64,000 nucleotides of DNA from Octopus vulgaris. Lineage: Eukaryota. The position numbers and the translations under genes were made by a program. The stretch's first letter is position 1. Each line of letters starts with the position of its first letter. The notes beneath the pieces are model-generated. The model had not been told where the DNA came from. It was given only the letters and a program-made list of their open reading frames with translations, and did not search any database. Below are positions 1 through 12,413 of this stretch, piece by piece. The stretch spans positions 127,348,001-127,412,000 of the forward strand of contig OX597818.1 in NCBI GenBank assembly GCA_951406725.2, in the 5' to 3' direction.

Positions 1-115
1 GATTGATAAGATATGGTCGGTAGAATGTTAGCTTGTTGTAGCAATATCCAACAATCAAGTCTCTTCCAGGTGCTTTTCCATCCTGGATATTCTGGATCAC
101 AGTTGCAAGAGTACC
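1..115 (-). mobile_element. R4/Dong-type LINE RT fragment (same family as 28640-32105)
   Basis: Reverse complement closely matches 30685-30795 (gcaactgtgatccaga...ggatggaaaagcacctggaagagacttgattgttggatattg; DGKAPGRDLIVG). Confidence 0.75.
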
Positions 116-610
116 AATTGAATAGTGGGGCAGATGTAATCGACTCATCCTCTCTCGCGAAATTGCTAGCTTTGTGCCAAAATTTAAAATCTATATTATA
201 TCATGGCGGAATAACGAAGTCGTTAGAATCATAAGAGCTTCGGACGTAATACCTTGTATTTATTTAGTGTCCTTTAGGGGTCGAGTTCAGATCGATTAAA
301 TATGCCTTGGTATTTGATCGGTATTCGTTTATCGATTCCAATGTGATAAAGAAAAAGTTGACCATAACAGAATTTGATTTCTGACTCGCACAGGAATAAG
401 ATTAGTTATAATGCTGTATTTGGCCAGTCTTCCCATAAATTCTATCAATCCAATGCCTTAATTATTCCAACGTCCCGTATAAGACCAAACAGCAGAATGT
501 TAATAACAGTAAATGGGAATAAAACAAAAAACTGCAAAACGTAACAAAGTTATGAGGCTGCTGTGAAATGTTCTGTTAAGTGATAACGAGAGTTATTTAA
601 TGATTATGTA

Positions 611-667
<57 letters not shown>

Positions 668-1392
668 CAGAAATATCATATTATATCATATCCGACGTCT
701 TATAAGTACACTTTTTACACCCATCACACGTACGCAATGTGTCCCAGAAAATTGACCTGCATCTATAAACACGAGGTCAGCGTTTACATTACTGGAAAGT
801 GATGGGTGAAGAAAAGGTCAATGGAAATTTAAGAACATTTTATAAACTTGTGCTCAGTAATACTCCATCTCTAAGTTATAAACACGATAAGAATATAAGA
901 TCACTTGAGCCAAAGATGGAAGTATTCTATTCTATTCATATCAGTTAACAGAAATGTTTCTTCTATATGAAGTTAAGACGACCAAATCATTTCATAAACT
1001 TCGAACACTAGCTGGCCGTATTCGTGCTACATACAGAGAAGCGTGTTTCAAGCCAAGCCTATCGCATAATGCTCATTGAAAAACAACAACGACGGAAGCT
1101 TTTGTTTCACAATCACCTTTGAAACTGAAAAGCTTCCTGGCAATTCAGTTGAAAGCATGCAGATCGTTATCTCCCAACGATCTGTGGAAAGCTATTTGAC
1201 AAGTATACATAAGAGGCCTGTCGGAGGATTATAATGATCAAGTATATATAATCCTAAATAATATATTTAATCTTAGATACCCTGTACCTGAAAAAAAGAG
1301 GTTATAGGCAAAGCTGAAACACCTCTGCTCAGCTAAACGACGATACCGATAACATATAAGCCACAATGATGTTACAATGAATTAAAGCTTAC

Positions 1393-1492
1393 TTTGTCAA
1401 GCTGTAGTAAGTGTCGCCAGTGTGTACGATGTTTGGAATTTTTCGTATTGATTTGAATTGTTCATGAAGTTGTGTGAATCCAATAGTGGAAG
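1393..1492 (-). CDS. LBP/BPI-family protein, coding exon 2
   Basis: ttttgtgttttcttttggcag acceptor, 100-nt open exon (phase 1 in, phase 2 out), gtaagc donor. Reads (A)STIGFTQLHEQFKSIRKIPNIVHTGDTYYSLT, in frame with exon 1 and resembling the BPI/LBP 'A..L...L....IP......Y' segment. Confidence 0.8.
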
Positions 1493-1532
1493 CTGCCAAA
1501 AGAAAACACAAAAATCAGAGTATTATAATAGA

Positions 1533-1929
1533 CTAGCAGTATCGCCCGGCGTTGCTCGGGCTTGTAAGAGAAATAACTATATTAGCATTTTTAGAGAGTT
1601 ATAGCCAGAAAATAGCTAAAAAAATGCATTAAAAATGGAAAAAAAATTATGGTAAATTTTTTTTTAAATCGTTGACTCATCGTAGACATTTTTAGAGAGT
1701 TACTTCCCTTATATAATAGCGAAAAAATGCATTAAAATGGAAAAAATGATGGTAAATTTTTTTTAAATCGTAAACTCATCGTAGACGCGCGCTAATACCC
1801 AGAAGGGCTCGATATGAATCACGACTATAAGATACCCGGTTTTGGTTAAACTGCACCGCAAAATGTGGGAGTAGTTAGGAATCTAAATCGTAGGAGACAG
1901 ACACACAACTTCACTTTTATATATAAAGA
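1533..1929 (-). mobile_element. Non-autonomous Helitron
   Basis: On the minus strand it starts TC and ends CTAG, is inserted between A and T, and has a subterminal hairpin GCCCG-agcaacgc-CGGGC. Near-identical copy at 18763-19156. Confidence 0.85.
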
Positions 1930-2199
1930 TGTATGATACTGTAGTCGGCATGAAGTTATGTTTATATATGTAGGAAACTATAATCACCGGGATCCCTGCC
2001 AAAGATTTTAATCTTTCCGCAATGCATAAATTCGGTTGCTATTGTTGTGATGGTTGCTTCTGCTACTACTGCAACTATTGCTGTTACTGTTGTTGTTTTG
2101 CTTCAGGTTATCCATAAAACTGAGAAGGTATGTCAATAAGGGCGTTCCATTCATAACCATCTCATCTAGGACTACAATTTTCATTGCGTCTTTCATTTT

Positions 2200-3830
2200 T
2201 TTTTTTTTTTTCACAATAAGGTGTGAATTTGAGAAATATTTGGGAAAATACAAACATTTCTCACGACCCGAAGGATTTCACCACCCTCCCATAATTCAAA
2301 GATTAACTACCGTAGACCTCTAATGACATTGTCTTCTCTTTTTTTCGCAATTCCACAAGAATCCCATCCACTCCTGACGCCTTTCTATCTGAGAATGACC
2401 TGTCTTGTTACCGCCAACGTCTCTACGCAATGTAATGTGCTGCGTTACACTTTCCAAAGTTTCCCGTTTAAGGTGTCTTGGTACACTGAACATTTAGTGA
2501 AGTGCTCTGCAAAGCAGTCGAGCACTTGACCTTTTTTTCCTGAAACATTGTTGAGCCATCAGCTGACTTCAGCTAATTGTTACTCCTTATCTGAGGTCTG
2601 CATACAGCTTTCAGACCAGAATAGAAGCGGCAAATGTTATAGAAATCAGCCCAGTTTGTAGCTTGATCGCCACTTTGCTTTCCAAACACTCCAGCTTTCT
2701 CTTGCAAGTCTACTTGCGGTTTCTCCAAATTTAGCAAAGCTTAATCGAGTTTTTTTCAACCCGAAGATATTTCTTGTGAGCTTGGTTATGTTGCTCTAGA
2801 ATTTAATCAAGAGCGTTATCCATGCAAACAAACCAGTCACAGTTTTGTTGGGTTACCAGGCAGAACCTCAGTTGCGCTATACAATGTTGTGCGAAATAGC
2901 GACCATCTTACAATCAAATTGCTTCGCCTTAGTTATTTCTCATGAGTCCAGAACTTCGTCCTTATCTACTTCCAGAAATGATTTTCCATACTTATCCATC
3001 AACTTTCCAGTTCCCATTTTAATTCGCTTGAAAGGTCCAGTTTTATTCCATTTGGAGACAACTGGGGGGGGGGTATCATAGTATTTGGTGTTTTATAATA
3101 ATTTTTATAACAATTTGCTACTCTCAACATCCATGTAAGCTTACATCCCTCGTGCTCAGCTACTTAGTTACGCGGTGTAGCCTACACAACGTCAATGCTT
3201 TGACTACAAATATATCCGGGCCACTTTCCGTTATTCTTTGAGTTTCAAGATGGTGTTGGTAAAGATGAACTCCTGCTCGAAGCAAAAAGTGAGGAAAAAG
3301 TTCTCCTTTTGAATTGCACCTCAACACACCACCTTTTTTTCTATCAACACTCGCCCACTTTTCCGCTTCTTCTTTCATGATAATTTTGAAATTACACTTT
3401 AATACCAGCCTGCCTCTCTGGAGCATACTGTATATTGTAATTTGCAGATGATTGTAGGATTGTCCTTTTGCACCATTACGGTTAATTATTTTAGTGCCGT
3501 AAACACTGGCTCGTGTGGTATAGCATCTCTTTTTGATGAGAACAAGGAAACTCATTATCCGATTGTTCACAGCAGTTAGTTATTAGCCTATTTTGGCCAT
3601 AATAATGATATTTCATGGCCAAGTTTTCTCTAGCCCGTGTCTCTCGTTTGCTGGCTTCTCTGTCAAAATCATATCTGCCTCATATCTACGACTGTCATAT
3701 TCTAGCAGTCGGATCTCGCAAAGAACTGCTATATCGATATTTTATTTTTCCAACTATAGTACCGCAATTACAGTGTCTCTCACCAGTTTTTCCTATGTTT
3801 AGCAGTATCCAAACATTGCAGTAGGAGAGA
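2200..3830 (-). mobile_element. Degenerate RTE-clade LINE (APE endonuclease to start of RT)
   Basis: Broken minus-strand frames give NIDIAVLCEIRL, GVLRCNSKGELF, FYSGLKAV, LKSADGSTM, FAEHF and KASGVDGI. Many stops and frameshifts. Confidence 0.7.
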
Positions 3831-4079
3831 GATGAAAGTTCAAATTCTTGCATGCAAAGGAATTTTTGCCACAGCTCGGAGGCAATCACTGACAGTGCGA
3901 TCCTTAGTAAACCAAGAGGCAACCAATCAAGTATATTTCTGTTTTTTCATTATTACTTCACAGCAATGCTTGTAAAATATTTAAGTGTTAATAACTTCTG
4001 CAGACACTAATAACATACGCACACATACGCACATACACATATACATACACTCTCTCTTTTTCTCTTTTTCTCTTTCTCT

Positions 4080-4121
<42 letters not shown>

Positions 4122-4179
4122 GGTTCTTAGAGTATAATAAAAGCTTGTCTTTCCCTTTTGAGGTTACTCTCTCTCTCTC

Positions 4180-4361
4180 TTTTACTTGTTTCAGTCATTT
4201 GACTGCGTCCATGCTGGAGCACAGCCTTTAATCGAGCAACTCGACCCCGGGACTTATTCTTTTGTAAACCCAGTACTTATTCTATCGGTCTCTTTTGCCG
4301 AACCGCTAAGTAACGGGGATATAAACACACCAGCATCGGTTGTCAAGCAATGCTAGGGGGA

Positions 4362-4413
<52 letters not shown>

Positions 4414-4580
4414 CATATATATATTCGACGGGCTTCTTTCAGTTTCCGTCTACCAAATCCACTCACAAGGCTTTGGTCGGCCTGAGGCTATAGTAGAAGA
4501 CACTTGCCCAAGGTACCACACAGTGGGACTGAACCCGGATCCATGTGGTTGGTAAACAAGCTACTTACCACACAGCCACT
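4180..4580 (-). mobile_element. tRNA-derived SINE family C (internal CA/TA microsatellite, CORE-like ccttgggcaagt)
   Basis: Minus-strand head agtggctgtgtggtaagtagcttg...gggttcagtccc (A/B-box-like). Copies at 9430-9758, 19240-19603, 48760-48923, 61570-61966. Confidence 0.8.
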
Positions 4581-4677
4581 CAAAATTCTCTGTGAGTGAG
4601 ACGAGTCTGTGCAGCTGTTTGCATACTGACGATTTGGAACGGCTGAACAGACATCCAACTTGTTTTGGCGCGAAAGT

Positions 4678-4907
4678 ACGTTCACTAGTGGTTATGGAGT
4701 GTTGCACTCACGATCCTGCGAATGTGGTTGCGTTTCCCGGACCAGGTGGTGCGTTCTGTTTTTGAACAAAACACTGCATTTCACTCTCCTGTTAACGATT
4801 AATCTTGCGACAGACTGGTCTCGCGATCGGAGAGAATGTTGTGATTTGGGTCACTTATACTTCATAGAAACCGGGTACCCGGTGCTATGAGTCCTAAGTC
4901 TCGAGAC
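4678..4907 (+). mobile_element. tRNA-derived SINE family D (diverged)
   Basis: tagtggtta...gactcacgatc-like head followed by ctgtttttgaacaaaacact. Related to 9050-9283, 12195-12413, 54835-55140. Confidence 0.6.
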
Positions 4908-5080
4908 AAGATTCACTTTTCTTTGCATCTTTTTCCTTATTCTTTAATTTCATATTACGGAGATGTACCTGCATAGCAAGTGATTTGATCTGAAATCGTG
5001 TGCTGAAACGAAAACAATTGCAGCGTGGAAGGTGTTTGTAAGCCATTTAAGAAACACACAAAAGCCGTTCGATTCACTTC

Positions 5081-5234
5081 AACATTTAAGTTTAATTTGT
5101 CAAAATATCTTCGTCGCTTTAAGACCGCGACCTGTTCACTGACAAAAATCCGTGATGCAGCACGGATTTTTGTCAGTGAACGGGTCGCGGTCTTAAAGCG
5201 ACGAAAATATTTTGACAAATTAAACTTAAATGTT
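5081..5234. repeat. Long inverted repeat (74-bp arms, 6-nt loop)
   Basis: 5081-5154 is the reverse complement of 5161-5234 with 2 mismatches. This explains the mirror-image ORFs 4955..5266 and 5025..5300. Confidence 0.95.
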
Positions 5235-5524
5235 AATTTCATATTCAAACATTTAATCCCCACCAACTACTATGAAAAAATAATTATCTCTCTTGTGTGA
5301 ATTGTCCACTAGAGGTCTTCACATGATTTTAAAACTTCTTTACGTTGAATAAAAGAGAGAGAGAGAGAAAAGTGACAAAAAAAGAAAGAAAAAGAAAACT
5401 ACCCGCAAAGATTATACAAGCGTCGTGAGATTTGCTTTACATTGGTTAAAGGGACATAACTCCTAAATGATATTTGGGAGTAGGTGACCTTCGGTTTTTT
5501 TTATTTTATTTTTTAACAAATATA

Positions 5525-5817
5525 TATTTCTTTACTGCCCACAAGGGGCTAAACATACAGGGGACAAACAAGGACAGACGAAGGGATTAATTCGATTATA
5601 TCGCCCCCAGTGCGAAACTGGTACTTTATTTATCGACTCCGAAAGGATGAAAGGCAAAGTTGACCTCGGCGGAACTTGAACTCAGAACGTAACGACAGAC
5701 GAAATACCGCTAAGCATTTCGCCCGGCGCACTAACGCTTAGCGGTATTTCGTCTGTCGTTACGTTCTGAGTTCAAGTTCCGCCGAGGTCAACTTTGCCTT
5801 TCATCCTCTCGGGGTCG
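5525..5817 (-). mobile_element. SINE family A (Nin/Deu-like domain) with local inverted duplication
   Basis: gcctttcatcctttcggggtcgat-type domain. Arms 5644-5715 and 5736-5807 are inverted copies. Confidence 0.85.
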
Positions 5818-5899
5818 CCCTGGGCTGTTTCGATAAAAGTCAATCATTACTAATCACATAATTCATTAAATAAATTCTCTCGGATCATTTATTAATTAT

Positions 5900-6112
5900 G
5901 TTTTCAAATTTTGGCACAAGGCCAGCAATTTTGATGGCAAGGTAAATCGATTACATCGACTCCTGTGTTCAACTGGCACTTATTTTATCGACCCCGAAAG
6001 GGTAAAAGGCAACCTCGACCTCGGTGGAATTTGAACTCAGAACGTAAAGACGGACGAAATGCCGCTAAGCATTTCGCCCAGCGTGCTAGTGAGTCTGCCG
6101 GCTCGCCACCTT
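5900..6112 (-). mobile_element. SINE family A, alternative 3' tail
   Basis: Head aaggtggcgagccggcaga..., Nin/Deu-like domain, tail gctggccttgtgccaaaatttgaaa. Confidence 0.8.
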
Positions 6113-6557
6113 AGATCACTTATTAATTATGGCACGGATTAATTACTTCTTGTTTGAAATTTTTTTATAGTAATTATATTTGCATTTTTAAGGTAACGAG
6201 CTGACAGATCCGTTACCACGTCGGATGAAATGTTTAGCAGCATATTTTTCCAGCCTTACGTTTTAAGTTCAAATACCTTCCTTCGATGTTGATAAATAAG
6301 TATCGCTTGATGCGTATCCTTATAAGGTTGTAAGTATGTATATCTTTATAAATATACGCATCATAGAAGAACAGAATGGATTAAGTGGAGCAGGAGCACA
6401 CACGAGGACGGAAGTGTTAGTGAAGAGGTCACAGATGTGTGACAAAAGATTTCTGGACAATGGACATGTGATAGAATAAAAGAAAAACAGTAATAAACGA
6501 GTGAAGAACGAATATATAGTGCGTGTGTTTTTTGGCAAAAAAAAGACCATCCCGAAA

Positions 6558-6693
6558 TATGTATGTATGTGTGTATGTATGTATGTATGTATTTATGTAT
6601 GTATGTATGTATGTTTGCATGTATGTATGTATGTATGTTTGCATGTATGCATGTATGTATGTATGTATGTATATATGTATGTATGTATGTATT

Positions 6694-6725
<32 letters not shown>

Positions 6726-6817
6726 TGTATGTTTGCATGCATGCATGTATGTATGCATGCATGCATGTATATATGTATGTATGTATTTATATGTATGTAT
6801 GTATGTATGTATATATT

Positions 6818-6849
<32 letters not shown>

Positions 6850-7066
6850 TGTATGTATGTATGTATGTATGTATGTGTGTATGTATTTATGTATGTATGT
6901 ATGTATTTAATGTATGTATGTATGTATGTATGTATGTATGTATGTATGTATGAATGTATGTATGTATGTATGTATGTATGTATGCATGCATGCATGTATA
7001 TATGTATGTATGCATGCATGCATGCATGCATGTATATATGTATGTATGTATTTATATGTATGTATG

Positions 7067-7099
<33 letters not shown>

Positions 7100-7234
7100 G
7101 TGTATGTATGTATGTATGTATGTTTGCATGCATGCATGTATGTATATATGTTTGTATGTATTTATATGTATGCATGTATTTATGTATATGTATGTATTTA
7201 TGTATGCATGCATGTATATATGTATGTATGTATT

Positions 7235-7266
<32 letters not shown>

Positions 7267-7280
7267 TGTATGTATGTATA
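6558..7280. repeat. (TATG)n compound microsatellite
   Basis: About 720 bp of TATG/TGCA variants; source of the MYVC/HTYI pseudo-ORFs. Confidence 0.95.
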
Positions 7281-7868
7281 GCTATTGTTCCCAACAGAAC
7301 GTGTGCAACCTGTGGAAAGGTGTGCCCGTCAGTTGGAGGATTGAAAAGGGAAGTCAAAAGAGTTCATACTGTGACACCTGTTCCTTCTGTCAGTCAGCAC
7401 AGCTGTGCATTATGTAATCATCACCATCACGTGACCGACCAGTCCATCAGATGTAGTTACACATCGCTGGTCACAATGCGTTCGCATTGTTTTAGCCTTC
7501 GAATGACGCCACCCCGCTGCCTAAGCGAGCAGGCCAACAGAAGAAAGAGTGGGAGAAAGAGTGGTGAAAGAGTACAGCAGGGATCACCACCATCCCCTGC
7601 CGGAGCCTCGTGGAGCTTTTAGGTGTTTTCGCTCAATAAACACTCACAACGCCCGGTCTGGGAATCGAAACCGCGATCCTACGACCGCGAGTCCGCTGCC
7701 CTAACCACTAGGCCATTGCGCCTCCACGCATTATGTAATAGAATGTGCAAAACTTTCGCTGGGATCAAGAATGATACCAGTGCTTCACATTGCATCAATA
7801 TTGACTCATTCTAATGATTTTTTCTAGCAATAGCTTTGCTCGTATACGAGAAAGCAGCTACGGGAGAT
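7281..7868 (+). mobile_element. 3' end of a LINE with C-terminal zinc-finger-like motifs and (GTAT)n tail, split by a SINE
   Basis: CATCGKVCPSVGGLKREVKRVH, then CALCN|RMCKTFAGIKN across the SINE insertion. Bounded by (TATG)n arrays. Confidence 0.5.
7419..7727 (-). mobile_element. tRNA-derived SINE family B with 12-bp TSD
   Basis: Head ggaggcgcaatggcctagtggttagg...ggtttcgattccc. TSD gcattatgtaat at 7407-7418 and 7728-7739. Confidence 0.9.
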
Positions 7869-8019
7869 GTATGTATGTATGTATGTATGTATGTATGTAT
7901 GTATGTATGTATGTATGTATGTATGTATGTATGTATGTATGTATGTATTTATGTATGTTTGTATGTATGTATGTATGTATGTATGTATGTATGTATGTGT
8001 GTATGTATGTGTGTATGTA

Positions 8020-8245
8020 TGTAAAGGGAAAGTTTACGAAAATAAACAAAAGACGAAGGCAGGTGGAGTACAAACAAACAAATGTATTAGTATAGCGCTC
8101 AGGAATAGAAATAGAAAAAAAGTCTTTTACTTTTCGAGCCTACACTCTTCGATAGAAAGATACACAGAAAAAAACAAGGAGAGAAACAAGGAGAGAGAAA
8201 AAAGGAGAGAAAAAATTGCGTGTAGGAGCTAACGATCTATCATGC
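8020..8245 (-). mobile_element. Solo Penelope-like 3' end (pLTR) with degenerate hammerhead at 8124-8159
   Basis: Homologous to 56828-57010 (aagtcttttac.tttcgagccta..ctcttc...agaaag). Confidence 0.65.
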
Positions 8246-8475
8246 GTCCTGTATGTATGTATGTATGTATGTATGTATGTATGTATGTATGTATGTATGT
8301 ATGTATGTGTGTATGTATGTGTGTGTGTATGTGTGTGTGTGTGTATAAAATGTTTGTTTTCATATCGTGTTATAAAAACAATTTTACATTAACCTCAAAG
8401 ATTTCTCGGGGCAATTTGATGAGGGCCAAGTAAACCGAAACTTCAAAGTCTCTGTCAACACAATTTTTGTTAAAG

Positions 8476-8522
<47 letters not shown>

Positions 8523-8869
8523 TTATGCATGTATGCCATAAGTGTGTGCATGTATGTAAGCGTGTGTGCGCGTTTGTATGTGTGCGTGTGTGTGTGCATG
8601 TGCATGTGTGTGTGTGTGTTGTATGTGTGCGTGTGTGTGTGTGCATGTGCATGTGTGTGTGTGTGTGTGTTGTGTGTGTGTGTGTGTATGTGTATGTGTA
8701 CAGTCACGAATTGATGGAGTCGTGAGAGCATCGGATAGTATGCCTTGATGTACTCATACTGACTCTCTGCGTTCTGAGTTCAAATCCTACCGTCGTTTAT
8801 CTTTCATCCTTTTTTGGAATCAGATTATACTCCGTTACTAAGATTCTTCCTCCTTCTTCCTTCTCTTCT

Positions 8870-8939
<70 letters not shown>

Positions 8940-9049
8940 CCTTGCAGGAAGATATATTTATTGTTGCTAGTTTTAGAAAGGGATGAGTCCACTTAGTTTA
9001 CTTGCGCAAAGGTGAAAAAAGTAAGAACAAAAAAAAACGTAAGCTTACG

Positions 9050-9283
9050 TACTCGAGTCATACCGACTCATAAGGGCCGGTTTCCCTGTTTCATGGCGTT
9101 TATATTCTCCCTACCTTGATGGTCCACCGGTCTGTCACATGATTACTCATTACTGCCAGCTGAGTGAACTGGAGCAACGTGAATTTAAATGTTTTACACA
9201 AGAACACAACGCGTCGACCGGACCAGGAATCGAAACCACAATCTTCCGAACATGAGTCTAACACTCTAACCACTAAGCCACGC
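9050..9283 (-). mobile_element. SINE family D
   Basis: tggcttagtggttagagtgttagactcatg...ggtttcgattcctgg head with A/B boxes. Confidence 0.75.
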
Positions 9284-9429
9284 GCAAATCCCACTACAGA
9301 GACAATATCAATATATACCAGAACAACACATACGTGCAATCGATTAGAGAAACAGGGTCGAATTATAAAACATTCCACGGATTCATCAGTTGAGGTCCCT
9401 GAGTGGACATATCTTTCTTTTATCTTTTC

Positions 9430-9758
9430 GTTGTTTCAGTCATTGGACTGCGGTCATACTGGGGCACCGCCTTGAGGAATTTTTAGTCCAGTGCTTTTTG
9501 TCTAAACTTACAGAGACGTAAACACACCAACACCAATTGTCAAGCAGTGGTGGGGACAAACACACACACGCGCGCGCACAAACGCACATATATATATATA
9601 TACATACGACGAGCTTCTTTCAGTTTCCGTCTACCAAATCCACTCACAGGAATTTAGTCGACCTCAGGATACAGTTGAAGACACTTGCTCTGGATGCCAC
9701 GCAGTGAGACTGAACCTGGAACAATGTGGTTGGGAAGCAAGCTTCTTACCACACGGCC
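9430..9758 (-). mobile_element. SINE family C (diverged)
   Basis: Matches 4180-4580 along its length. Confidence 0.75.
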
Positions 9759-9956
9759 TATTCTTATTTCCAAGCCACGACTGTGAGTATATGCACACAT
9801 ACACGCATGCGCATTGTATACATGTGCACGCACAAGCATAAACAGTAATGAAACATACGCACTTGTGTTCTATTATGACATGCGCACCTACGAGTGCAAG
9901 TATGCACATACATACACATACGCACAACACCCTTATATATATGCCTACATAAATTA

Positions 9957-11237
9957 TTAGGTCGTCAAGTATGAAATTTGTAATAAGGTACACGGTAAAA
10001 CTTGACAGCTGCTCATTTTGCACCATTATTATATTTTGACAATCTTTATTTTTTTAAGAAAGCTGATATATCAATTTCTTTATTCTAACTCATTTTGCAC
10101 TTAATAAATTATTTATAAATCGTTTATTGCTATTTTTGTTTAGAAATGGATAAGTCGGAAATTCGTACAGTTTTGAAATATGAGTTCTTTCTTGGAAATA
10201 CAGTATCACAGGCAGCTCGGAACATTAATGGAGTATTTCGTTCTAATGAAATACAGCAGACAGATGGTTTGCAAAATTTCGTTCAGGTAACTTTGACCTC
10301 ACAAATGAGCAAAGCGGTCGACCAGAAACAAAGATGGATAATGACGAATTGAAGGCCACCGTCGAGTCAGATCCATCTGAAAGTGCCCGTGGATTATCGT
10401 TGTTGTTTGGTGTTAGCAAGCAAACAATATTGACTCACCTAGTTCAAACCGGTAAAGTGGAAAAAGTTGGATAAGTGAGTTCCACATGAACTCAATGAAA
10501 ATTAGAAACAGCAACGTTTAGAAGCCTGCATTATGCGACTCTCTTGTCACAAAATGAATCATTTTTCAATCGAATTGTAACATGTGATGAGAAATAGATC
10601 CAATACAACAACCGTAAACGTTCAGCACAATGGTTGGATAAAGACGAACCACCAAAACACAGTCCAAGAAGCAAAATTCATCAAAAGAAGCTGACAGTGT
10701 GTGTTTGGTGGTCTGGTGCAGGTGTGATCCATTATGATTGCATTAAACCTGGCTCATCAATTACGGCCGAAGTATACTGCAGCCAGCTGGACCAAATGAT
10801 GCAGAAACTTACAAAAAAAAAAGCCAGCCTAGATTAGTCAACAGATCCACTCCTATTTTATTGCAAGACAACGCCGGACCACACATCGTCAAATTGACAT
10901 TGGCGAAACTACAGGGGTTGGAGTTAGAAGTTCTCCATCATCCACCATACTTACCTGATCTTTCCCCCACTGACTACCACACCTTCCAAAATTTGGATAA
11001 CTTTTTGATGGGAAATAAATTTAATTCTGACGATGTTGTAAAACAAGCCTTCCAATATTTTATTGACTCTAGATTGCCAGGCTTTTACAGTTCCGGGCTG
11101 GACAAGCTACCGCTGAAATGGCAAAAATGTATTGACAATATGGGTGTATATTTTGATGAATAAAACTATTCCTTGTATATATAAAACATTAGCAAACTTT
11201 TTCCTCTTTTCTACAAATTTCATACTTTATGACCTAA
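9957..11237 (+). mobile_element. Full-length mariner (DD34D) transposon, 1281 bp
   Basis: 26-bp TIRs TTAGGTCGTCAAGTATGAAATTTGTA / TTAGGTCATAAAGTATGAAATTTGTA (2 mismatches). TA target duplication at 9955-9956 and 11238-11239. Confidence 0.95.
10146..11163 (+). pseudogene. Mariner transposase pseudogene (Hsmar1/cecropia-like)
   Basis: MDKSEIRTVLKYEF..., *VPHEL, TCDEK*I, LQDNA, YLPDLSPTDY motifs. Stops and frameshifts present. Confidence 0.9.
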
Positions 11238-11628
11238 TAATTCCAGTAAGGACAGGCCTGTGCTTATAATATTTGCAAGCCCTTGCTTCAAGTATGGTTA
11301 GATCAATGCTGATGTAGGTGCTCGATTATAACATTTCTTCTTCGATATCTACCGTCAACTGGAAAACTGTGAACAAAGAAGAAATGATTTTCATGAAGCA
11401 CTAGAGGTGCTGTTGTGATATACTGTTACAACCACAAATTTCTGGATGCTAATGATCCGGAACCTCTTATAATCCGCACTAATTTACATTAATGTACGGG
11501 TACCTGTATTTGATTTAATTATTTAAGTGAATTTAAAATTCGTCTAATTTCAAGGCATCGCTACATAGAAATCATTTCGTCCATCTTTACATTGAATTCC
11601 ACTTTGTGATCTGAAGAATCCCATATAT

Positions 11629-11733
<105 letters not shown>

Positions 11734-12194
11734 ATGTATGTATGTATGTATGCATGTATGTATATATATATATATACACACACATTATATATATATACAC
11801 ATTATATATATATGTGTGTGTGTATGTATGTATGTATGTATGTATGTATGTATATGTCCACCACTGGACAGCCGGTGTTGGTTTGCTTACGTCCCCGTAA
11901 ATTAGCAGTTCTGCATAAGAAACTGACAGAATAAGTACCAGGCTTTAAAACATAACAAATTCTGGGATGGATTCTTTCGACTTAAAACCCCTTCGAGACA
12001 CTTCCCCATCATGGCCGCGGTCCAATGACCTATCTATTTCTCTTTTAATTGTTTCTGTTTAGCACCCCTTAGCCCTGATCGAATCACGAGCAATGACATT
12101 TCACCCTTGATTGGAAATACACAATTTCATGTACTTCCGGAACTATGTTAGTTTCAAATTTTTGGCACAAGACCAGCAATTTCGGTAAAAATTT

Positions 12195-12413
12195 CTCGAG
12201 TTATGCCAACTCATAAGGGCCGATTTTCGGTTTCGTGGTATTTAAATTACCCATCAGGCCAGGACGCTGGTCCATCGCAGGATTACTCATTTTTCCCAGC
12301 TGAGTGGACTAGAGTAGCGTGAAATGAAGTGTTTCGCTCAAGAACTCAACGTATTGCCATGTGCAGGAATCTAAACCACAATCTTACAATCATGAGTACA
12401 ACACCCTAACCAC
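12195..12413 (-). mobile_element. SINE family D
   Basis: Homologous to 9050-9283. Confidence 0.65.

Noticed and set aside
6328-6558. Possible solo LTR (TGTAAG start, AATAAA)
   Set aside because: No terminal CA or TSD and no second copy in the window.
6361-8748. Long ORFs of MYVC/HTYI/CV repeats (also at 11.5-11.9, 16.6-18.0, 28.0-28.8, 36 and 62.2-63.1 kb)
   Set aside because: Translations of stop-free microsatellites, open in many frames on both strands.
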